A program made the position numbers and the translations under genes. DNA of 64,000 bases from Intoshia linei (taxonomy: Eukaryota; Animalia; Orthonectida): contig LWCA01000047.1 in the NCBI GenBank assembly GCA_001642005.1, positions 3,643 through 67,642 of the forward strand, written 5' to 3'. Below are positions 12,650-24,600 of this stretch, piece after piece; position 1 is the stretch's first letter; each line of letters starts with the position of its first letter. The notes beneath the pieces were generated by a model. The model had not been told where the DNA came from, ran no database searches, and saw only the letters and a program-made list of their open reading frames with translations.

Positions 12650-15600
12650 ATGTATTTTTTTTCAATTATATTTTACCTGTTCAATATTAATATTAATGCT
12701 TATGGTTTGGTTTTTACTTTTTATCATACTTTCTTTTATTTTAAATTTCATTATTTATAGTTTTCAATGTTGAAAAAACGAATCAAAACGAAATATTATT
12801 ACCAAATAAATTTGATTTAAACGTGAAACTGAATTCCTCCACAATGATAAGATTATATATGACAAAATCTTTAATTGAACATTTTCCGATCGAATTTTAT
12901 ACTGGAAATGTTATCGAAAAACATTATTATATTGATAATTTAGTATTTTTTTGATTTATTTAATTTTTTATTTTATGCATTTACAATTGCGGATAGATTC
13001 TGGTTTAATTTTAGTTCAATTCAGTTTAATTTCTGTTTTTGTCTGGGAATTTGAAATGTAAATTTTTAGTGTATGGTTTTCATAGGGCATTTCAAAACGG
13101 TAAAAATAACAAAAATATGTACATTTAGTAAATATCATTTACACTCATTATAAATAAATATATCACATAATTTATTGGTTATTTGAAAATCATGATAAGG
13201 GAAACCTATTTAGGGATTATTTTTAAAATAAATTGAAAATGTTGCGTATATAAAGCAGTAACGGATCTAGGTGGTTGCTGGGGCGGCAGTTCCTCCTGGT
13301 GTGACAATTGTGTCCTAAACTACCTTAAAACCCTAACAGCATTTTAAGTTAAATTATCCGATTTAACAATTTTAACCATTGTAAGTGATGTTTTAATAGT
13401 ATCATAATAGTTCGAAATATAAATAAATGATTTCCACAATCCGATGAAATATTAAAATGTATTCCATACTTGTTACGGTTGAGATTATAAATCAACTTAT
13501 TATTCTTGTTTGACTTGTTAAATTCATTTCCATTTTTTGCCTCGGGGTATTTTATTATTTAATTATATTTGAATTGAACGTGTAACAAAATTAATACATA
13601 TTAGTTGCAATCAAATTTTGAATATAATGCAGTGAGCGTGTACTGGCAAAATGTGATGATTTTTGTTAAAAGGTACTATCGTTAAATCATCATAATGCAC
13701 ATATCAGAAGTTCTCAAAAACCGAGAAATGAGCATATGGCATGAGAATTTGATAAACTATTATAAATTTGGATAATTTTAATTAATATTTATATTTGCGC
13801 CAGAACAATAGTTTAATTAGTTTCTGTATAGGTTAGCAAATGATAATAAGAAACTATCATTAACCCTAACAAATCAATTCAATACAAAGGATAAGCAAAA
13901 AATCCATTTTAACTAAATACCAAGTAAAAATGTTAAATGGTCAAAAAGGTCTCCACGTCTGTATTAAAATAATTCGATTAATTTTTTCTCAGAATATTTG
14001 ATACGCTGATATAACGATATAACAATTTGTTAGAACGACACTTTAAAAAATTAATTAATTAATTTTTGCAAAATGGGTATTGATCAAAATATTATTCAGA
14101 ATGCAAATAATACCAATATATATTATAGTTTTTATTATTAATAGATAAAATAGTAATTCAATTTAGGTACATGCTCATTATGTTGATAATAAATATGAAG
14201 CTGTAATTTCAGTTCGTTTGAACGAAAAAAATCCAAGCATTCGTTCTATTGTAAGTATAATTATACTAATACTAAATTGACTGTTATGTACTACATACAA
14301 ACAGTACCTAGCTCTGCCGAGGGCACATTTTTATTATACCAAAAAAATAAATTCACGTTGAAAATCTAACTTAAAAATCCATTATTAATTATTATCAATC
14401 CTTTCAACAAGTGGTTCCCAAATTTGTTTCAGGTGGAACCATCATATCACATCACTTTTTACTTTAAACTCAATTATTCCATCTTAATTTTTTGTCTGTT
14501 AACATTTGCGTGTAGAATTTTAAAAACAATTGTTATCCCATTTTTTTAATTTATTAGACAGAATGTGTGTATAATATTAAAAATGAAGTAAAAACAGTCC
14601 AATCTTGAATTGCAATTTAAAAATTGTCATAAATAGCATAAATTCCAGAAACAATAAAATTATAAAAACCTATTTTGTCATTTTCAATGTGATGAATTAC
14701 TGATGATATATATTAGTACCAATTTAATAAATACTTAAAAATACCAATTATGTATCAATAATTAATCGAATTTTCAATTTATAAACATTTCAGTCGAATT
14801 TTACCAATATTGGAAAGGATTGTAATAAATATGAAAATGATATTAACAAAGTTGTTTTAGTTTCGTTGTTTAGTTTCTATTTATATTTGTATTCAAAATA
14901 ATTTGAAATTAAAAAATTGCGTAGCAATGAATTATATAGATTTTCACCCAGTTTGCTTTATTGGAAATGTGTAAACGTTCACTGCACATTTTTTTTGATT
15001 TTCGGACCGTTAATTATTTTCATTTTTTGTTTTAATAAAATATTTTGAAAAAAATATATGAATACTAAAATGCTTTTTTGACCGTGAAGTCGTCATTTAT
15101 TCGGATTGAAATTTTCTGTGTGTGTTAACAGGATATAACTGTACAATCTGTAAATTTTTTGAAATTCTAGGGCTGTTTTCATTAAAAAAAGAAGGGTAAT
15201 TGGGGGTTTTGGCTTTGTGAAGATATTTTTTTAAATTTTCCAACTCGTTTGATTTTGATTTAATGATAGTTATCGGCAACATATTTTATATATTCAAACT
15301 TGAAGTAGTTCCTCATATAAAATTAATATAATATAATAAAGTTATATATAATTATATAAGTTAGGATAATATACATTGTGTTTAAAAATGTAATTTAATG
15401 ATTAGAGTAGTGTTTTATAACCTCTTTTATTATAGGACCCAAATTTCACTCTTAAATAAATACCAGGTTCCACCTAAAAAAATAATCTAACTGTCAATTT
15501 TTTTTTTGGGGGTGATGTAACAGTTCCATCAACTATGAATTTTATTAATTCGCTGACCATTTTTTATTAAAAATTATTATTTTTTAATAAATTATGTATC

Positions 15601-18600
15601 AAAAACTTTTATTTTTGAAACTCGAGCTAATTATAATATTTATTATATAGAATTAATGATATCACTGAACCTGAATTATTATACATTTTTGTAATATTAG
15701 GTATGCCACATTAGAATCCTTTACTTACATAAAAATTAGTGTCTGTGTTATCGTTTAATTAAAAAATGAAAAGTTATAGAAAGTCCTAAATAAATACCTA
15801 TTTCTAATACATGTTATCGAAAATCCTGTTTTATCGGAAATTTTATTTTTATTAATTGAGTCTTTCAGGATCAAAAAAACAAATTACCTTTTTTTAGTAA
15901 ATAATAAAATCTGTCCTAAAATTTTAAAAACATAAATTCTGGGAGCGTCTTAATAAAATTATTATTGTCGTAAATCTCAACCTCAGAAACTAAAATCTTC
16001 ATGATTAAACTGACAAATACCCTTTTTATAAATAAAAAAAATCTCAGCATTTCATAAAACATACATTCTGGATATTTTTTTAAATCAATTAAAAAATCGG
16101 CCCTCGACATATCTAGCTGCTGTTTGTACGAAGTACATAACAGTCAAGTTGCTTTGATATTTGAAAGTTTTCATAATTCCAATAAATTTGTGAAATTTAC
16201 CAAATCTACACTGTACATTAGGGGTGTTGCAAAATTTTATAAATTAGGTCCAAATACTGATAAAGTTGCGTGTTAGTTTTATGATAATTGTGAAAAGAAG
16301 AAAAATTTTTGAAAATTTTTAGTGAAAGAGCTTGCCATTTTAGAATTTTCATACAAAAATGTTCTACAAAAACTAAAATATAACTTTATTTACTGGAATG
16401 TTACAATGAGATACTGTAGTTATGTTTTGAGTCGTCTTCTGTTGTTCGTCATGTTTGGTTGTTCATTTTACACCGATAAATTTAATTCTACCTCGTTTAC
16501 TTATTATTTTATAGATGTTTAAAGTTCTTATAATTTTATAAAAATTATCATTTTTCATTGATAAAAATTTTGACTAAAACAAAAATAAATGAGGTAGAAT
16601 GGAATTTAAAGATGCAAAGTGAATAACCAAACATGACGAACAACACAAGATCACTTAAAACATAACTACAGGATCTCATTGTAACATTCCAGTAAATAAA
16701 GTTATATTTTAGTTTTTGTAGAACATTTTTGTATGAAATTTTTAAAATGGCAAGCTCTTCCACTAAAAATCTTTAAAAATTTCTTTTTTTCTCGATTATC
16801 ATAAAACTACCACACGCAACTTTATCAGTATTTGGACCATGAAATTTCAAATAAAAGTATAAAAAATCACACCCCTACGGTACATCGAATAATTTTTGTA
16901 AACATCGACCTATAATGTTTATATTTGTATAGATTTTATACATTAAAATTACTACAAACTCTAATAAACACAGTAAGCTCTAATAATTATTCAATTATTT
17001 GATTATTATTCATATTAATATTAACATTTTATTTCAAAGGACGGCTCTATAGTTTACGATGGAAATTTATACCAGATTAATCCAAAAATGATTAGTGACA
17101 ATGAAGATGACATGCACTATTTCAAAAGAAGATCAATCTATGAAAGTATTGATGATTTGAATCTTCATGAAATTCAAAAAGTGGACACAACTAAACGTAA
17201 CATATATAGCTATATGTAATATATGTAACTATATATAACACAGGACAACATTATTATAGTTTTAAAAAAATTTCTGTTAGATTTTATTTTTAAATGATAT
17301 ACCGAATTGCAAAATGTATATTAGGGTATCACATCAAATATTTTTTTTAAGAAATTCAAAAACATACCCAGTAGATTATTTGTAATTTAATAAAAAAATG
17401 AAAATCCGATGACTAATTCTGAAAAATACTCATTAATGACTCAGCGTTAATCAATTAAGTAATTAACAAAAAACAGCTACATTTAAGTTTATTTTCATGT
17501 TTTTCTTAATTTTTTTTTACAAAAACCTAAATTCATGCTTCGTTTGTGTTGAAAAATTAATAATGTTTGTATATTTTAATAAATAATGTTAAGCTGCGTC
17601 ATGCACCATTGACGTAATTCTATAATATGAAAAAAATTTTTTCAAATTATAGCTATATTTATCTTTTTGTTTTGGTTTTGTGGTGGGTTAAATGTAGAAA
17701 TTTGTCTACCATTTGAAAAATTTTATAAATACTCAACGCAATATATCAACAAAATAAAAGATTTTATAAATTTTAACCCAAAATATATTATAAACGGGAA
17801 TGTAATTAATCCAAGCATTTATATGAAAATGTATTAAAAATCATCACTGTATTTTGAATTTCTTCTTCTTTTGTGTACAAATTTAATGAATGTTTATATT
17901 TTTGTAAGGCTCTTTCGGCTGAATCGGTTAAAATTTTATACTTCATTGGTTAATTCTTTATTTTTGTAATATCTGACAAAATCTATTCTCATAATATTTA
18001 GTTTATCAGAAGTGCCAAATGTATTTTTAAAAACATTTCCTATGATAATTTTCATAATATTCTATTATTTCTTGATCAAAATGACGTTTAATAAATTTGA
18101 TAAATCCATAATGATAATGCCACATAATGGTGCAACCGTAAATAAAATCGAAAATGGTATATTGTCAAAACTAAACTTACATACAAATTTATAATTTATC
18201 TCGTATAATCTATTAATATAATGAAATTTACAATGGAGTAGGCGACAATTTATGCAGATTAATAAATAATATTAATACGCAATAATGTTTTGCACTAAGT
18301 TACACATAATTTTACTTAAAAATATAAACGAGAATTAAATTTGTCCACAATATAATACGAAATTAAAAATAGTCACCATTTTAAATAAATTTTAACAAAA
18401 TACTTTGAATAATTACATAATCGTTTAGAATAATATAATTTAGATAAAAATTTATAAAATCATTTATTTTATTGGTGTATTGAAGATACATAACATTTTT
18501 GTTGTATTATGACTATCTTAAGGTCTCCTAACATTAGATTAACATTTTCAAAAAGTTAGAAAAAAAGTCTACATTTATTTATCTCACAAACATTGTTTAA

Positions 18601-21600
18601 ACCCCAAAACATGATAATTATAATTATAAAAAAAATATTTTCTTTATTATAAAATAAAGTATATTGGAAATAATGCAGCTGAACGCGTTTAATTAAAATA
18701 TACAAAAATTTTTATAATTTTTCTCCACAAAAAAAGCAGGAATTTCACTTTATGTAAAAAAAATTTAGAAAAACATGAAAATAAACTTAAATTTAAATAT
18801 TTTTTGTTAATTACTCAATTGATTAACGCTGAGTCATTAATGAGTATTTTTCAGAATTAGTCATTGGATTGTCTTCTTTTTTTTTTAAATTACATCTAAT
18901 CTACTGGGTATGTTTTTCAATATATACGCGATCTATTTTTCGCATATTAATATCACTTAATATATGTAATTTTTGTAATCTAAATATGACTAGATGTATC
19001 TTATATGATTAGTTTTAGGGTGTGCTATGATTCTATTGATAACTGAAAATTATATACATTTTCATTACATTTTAAGAATTTAAATAAAATTTTTAATTTT
19101 AGTTGGCATTGAAGACAAGTATCAGCATAATAGAAGTGTTAAAAATGATGATGTATTGTACATGATGAAAAAGGCAAAGAGGAAACTGACTACTGAGGAA
19201 GAAATGATGTTTAATAAATATTTGGTTGAAATAGTTTTCCTAATTGACCATTCTATATGGGATGAGTAATTTATTATTTTAAATACTTTTTTAAAATGTA
19301 TATGAGCCATTCTCTAATATATAAAATGTAAATATTTTAATTTAAGTGACCTACAAGAAATAACATCCAAGACTCATACTCATAGATAGATTTAAAATGC
19401 GCGTATCATAGGGTGCAGCATATTTATTTGCATTATTTTACATATAAGTAAATACTAAAACGTACATTTACAATTAAAAACCGTTAAGGCGTTACGCGCA
19501 AAAAATATGATAATATTTAAAAATCTGTTTTTTGATGATTCTTGTGAATATTTAATTAATTGAGGTAATTGTAATAGATTGAATAGTGAGATAAGAACGT
19601 AGTTAACAGATAATTATTCTAAAATTCAAAAAAATTTATTCTTGTAATTAGACTATAAATTCGGTTCAAAATACACATAAAATGTTACGGCGTTACGAAT
19701 TGAACTTATTATTTACTTTATACATTTATGGTATTAATAAATTGTAAATTATCACCACAAAACGGTGTTTCACCTCTATATTCTGATAAATGAAAACTTT
19801 AATTAAAATTAATATATGTATAATTATGTAATTATAATTAACACAAATAATTATATATTTTAATAATTAACTTATGTTTTTAAATTCTAACCGTATTATT
19901 TTTATGCATATTCGATGGAGTTTAATTTTCTGAACATTACCAAGTGCTGTTTTGACTTTTTTAGTCAACATTGGCGTATTTATGATGCATTCCTTTTGAG
20001 AATGTTTTTTAAAATATAGTATATTCTATTTTTTTATGTCATCATTTCTTAATAGAGCCTTAATATTAAATTTTCTATAATAATTTTGTAATACCCTGAA
20101 AATATACGAAGCAAACTAAAAAAAAACATAAAACGAAATATGGTAGCATATAATTTAAATTTATCGTTTTTTTAATTTATGAAGGATATAGGCTCATTTA
20201 ATGTGTATACTGTACAAATGTAAACATTGAACCATTACGGTGCATCCTATAAATATGTATCTAATTCCATTCAATCTAAAATTATACATATAAATATGAG
20301 TTTGTTATTTTTTACTCATTTCATGTCGGCAGCGAAAGACATTGAAACAAGAAAAAACACTTTATTCAATGAAAGATATTTATGGCAAACTAATATATGC
20401 TATAAGACATGTATAATAAATATTACTTTAGATTTATGAAATTTGGTAGTACAGCATTGAGTGAATTGAATTATTATTTCCAGCACATACTAAACGGGGT
20501 AATTTATAAAATTTTACTAAAGTGCCAAAAACTATTTACTCATAAAAAAAATGTATATTATTGGAAACATAAAGCGTGAATCGTAAAAAAAACTATGATA
20601 AACTGTGATTTCATCACATATCTACAATACTTTTATTGTTACGTTGAATCTTTGATTTTTTCTGTATGTAAAATGGGTTAATTTTAATTGAAAATAAATT
20701 ATAATATTTTCTACTGACCATGAAATGAAAATGATAATAATGATAATGAAATACGCTCAGTAATGAACGGTATCAGTGGCACTCCAGTTGTACCACACAA
20801 TTTGAAGTAAACTGTATTTGAAGTACATGTAATGATATACATTAATTTCGTTAATTTTTAGATGAAATCGGCATACAGCTCAATAAAAATGGAAGAATGG
20901 AATTTTGAAATACGATTAGCATTAAGCAAAGTGATTATAGTAAAAGTAATTTTAAAAATGCATTTAATATAATTAACACTTTCAATTTGAATGTAAAATG
21001 TGTGCTATTTTGTGATTATAATTGTATTATTATATTTAGGATGTGGATGATGCATTTTGGATTAAAAATAATTACAAAAAGCCAATTTTTAGTTATCAGA
21101 GAAATTTGACACCGGAAAATATTAAAATAAATGGATACAATTTACTTACTAATCTTGGACAAATGAGAATCGATAATACATACAATATTACTCAGTACGA
21201 TCATTTGGTAAATTTGAAAAATACAATATACTTAATCAGATTTGTTAATTACATAAATGTAGTCTTTTTTTAGTATATTTTTGCATGGAATGCGAAGAAT
21301 TAACTTTATGGTTTGATAGAAACCGTTCCACTCCCAAACACCCCTCAAAATTCATCAACAATATTATTGATTCAAACATAGTCCTTTTCTCCTTATCTTT
21401 AAGTTTTTTTTTGTATTTTTAATTCAATTACGGTAGAAGGAAGCCAATGATTTAAAAGTTTAAATATCACGATTTTTAAATTTCTTGGTTGTATAGTTAA
21501 TGAAATATAGTTGTCTAAAACAGGGGTACCCAAATTTACAAAAATAAATCTAGATAATTGTGTGTGATAGGAAACAAATTATACCATTTTCATCAGCGTA

Positions 21601-24600
21601 TTGAAATTTTAACTGTACACAGGAATGTGTAACGGACCTATAATCAGTAAAAATACAGAAAATTTCATATATAATATATATTATACAAATATTCATATTG
21701 ATTATATTTCAATTTTAGATGTATTGGACCAGGTATAACGTTGAAGATGACGATGTTGTCGGTAATATCCTTACTTATATAAAGTAATTTAGTTAAAAGT
21801 GTATGCCTCTATTTATTTATTTACATCTATATTACTATTTATGTTAATAAATGTGATATTTTGAGAAATGTGACATATAATAATAAGAAATACATTTGAG
21901 ATGATTCTATGTGTTTTTTTAGGATTAGCCTCCGTGGACGGAATTTGTAATTTAGAAAAATCGGTATCTTTATGTCAAGATTTGGGTTTAAATTCTTGGA
22001 TAACTGCTGCACATGAATTGGGACACAGGTTTTTTTAATTTATTTTTAATTTCTTTTTAATTTGAAATTAATAAAATTAGCCTTGGAGCTGTGCACGATG
22101 GATCTAAAGAATCAATTTTATGTTCGGATGATGACAGTTTTATTTTAAATTCTGGAAACAATAATGAAGTATTAAACCCAAGCAATTTGTTTAGATTCTC
22201 TCATTGTTCCATTATGCAGTTTCGATCTACTCTATCTGGAGAAAAGGATGGGTATATTATTATAGTTTAATTCGGGTTAAATGTGAAAAATACTGGATTA
22301 ACGGATTAAAAATTTCCCTTAATGTAAAAATTCCGTTATTTTTAATGTAATTATAACATTTATCCAAAACTTTGGTTTAATTTTTGTTTAGTTTTCCCCG
22401 GGTTTGTTTATTGGACGATAACTGCACGGGAAAATCACAATTCAATGAAAATTCGATTTTACCTGGAGCTAGATATACATTGGATGAACAATGCCAGCAA
22501 CATAAACGAGATAGTACTTCTGCATTTTGCGTATAACTTTTCACTTTTTTAATAAACATATTATTTCTTAATAGGGAGTGTATACGGGAATCTGTGGAAC
22601 AATATATTGCAAAGAAAGTTCATTTAAATGTACAATGCATAGCCCCTCTTATCAAGGAACTAAATGCACAAAAAACAATGTAATTTTATTAACTTTTAAT
22701 TTTTCAGATTTTCTTCAGTGGAATGTCTCACCCCCAAAAAAAGCAGCTGATGCAAATGATGATTTAATTCAGGGCTCGGCAACCTTTTTCATCTTATGGG
22801 CGACTTTTTTATATAAAAAAATTATATGGGCTCGTTGTGGAAAATTTACACATGATAAATTTCAATTTTAACTGAACAGAAACGGTTCTAGTATATTGAA
22901 AAAAATAAAATCCAGAGCGAACTTAAAATTCAATATTAAAATGATTATAATGAGCCAATTATATTAAAAAATGTTTAAAAGTTGAAAAATTTAAAAATAA
23001 ATAAGTTACGTATTTACTTATAGGGCCACCAAAATTATTCTGTGGGCCACTTTTGGTTAGCAGGTCAGTTACCGATCCCTGCTTTAATTTCTCTAAAATA
23101 ATAAATATAACCGTTTTTTATTTGATGTTCACCAGTATAACGTTTATTTTTAGAAGATGTGGTGTATAGATGGAGAATGTATACCTAAAAATTTGACAAG
23201 TTATTATGGTATATAAATTTTATTATTAACCCAATTATTTAGATTATAAATTAATTTATAATGACCGTCTACTTAAATCCAATTATTTTTACAAAAACTT
23301 AAAATTTCAAAAACCTTTAAGGAAAAAATCGATTTTTAATAATCCTAAAAGTAAAATTCCATTTTACCGAATTATAGAGTATCTCAAATATAACAAAGTA
23401 AAGTTTTTAAATAGAATGATTATCGATTAACAGATGTCATTTACCGCTTTATTACTTACTAAAACTGATGACGAGAAAAATAAAACTTGTCAAAACAAAA
23501 GTAAAAAAAGATTATTAATTAGGATGATAATTTATTTATGTCTCTCCGTAAAATATTTGATATTTTCTTTATTAGAGGTTTTTAGTAGTCTTCTCGCTTT
23601 TTAAGTATTTTAATCAATGACATCGAAACTTTTTTTCATAAAGGACATGGAAGACTTGGTAGCACTTTTTTTCTTAGAAAAATTTTTGCAGCTGCACTTA
23701 ATCGACTTATTATTATTGATTATTATCAATAATTGGAATAGAAATTGTTGCAAAAATTTTAGAATTTATTTTAAACCATTTTTGTTTTTAATTACAGTAC
23801 AATATCGTATTTCCTCTTGTTCACAATTTAAATTTGAAGAATCAGAGTCTGTTTTTGATTTATTGATTTTAAAGCAATAAAGAATAGTATTTTTTACTTT
23901 TATTAACATTTATTATGTAAATATTATACATAAATAGCATAATAAATAAATTTAGTAGTTTTAATTTTCTATAATATACACTGTACATTATGCAGTTATG
24001 GATTTTTATCTTAAGGTTTGATTAAAACATATTTTTTATTTTAGGTCTGGGAAAACTGGATTGTAATTTTTATTGTTATACAAACTGGATTATCCCCTCA
24101 AAGGTTGGCAAATTTTAATTTTTAGTAAAAATGGTTGGATTTAAGAATATTTTCATTTATAATCTACAAAATTGTCAAATTTTGTATTTTTAAATTTAAT
24201 AAATCTCTAAAAAATGGAATATCATAACTTACGAATCATAAGATTTAATCTTTAATTTATATTTTAGAAAATAGAAACATAAATACTCCAAAAATTAAAT
24301 GCATTACTCGTAAAATTTCCTTGACTGTAAATGAAAAAAATTGTAAAAATAAACCAGATTATCGTTTTATGACATACAGAAGAAGTAGTACCTTCCAATA
24401 TTTTACATGTGAAGACATTCCTGTTTATTTTCCAGCACTATGCTACGAAGAAAATGAATTTGGCGTAAATTGCTGTGAATCTTGCATGAAATCTGGATTA
24501 GTTTGGCCAAAAGACATTAAATGTATTTTTTTACTTTAAATTAAATCTTGATTATTGGCATATTATAATACATTAATTTAGTCATTTATGGAAATGAAAA

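Noticed and set aside
16322-16763. Two near-identical small proteins on opposite strands
   Set aside because: They are mirror translations of the arms of a foldback MITE.
21487-21498. GGTTGTATAGTT matching the 3' half of let-7
   Set aside because: Only 12 nt, with no seed and no precursor hairpin.
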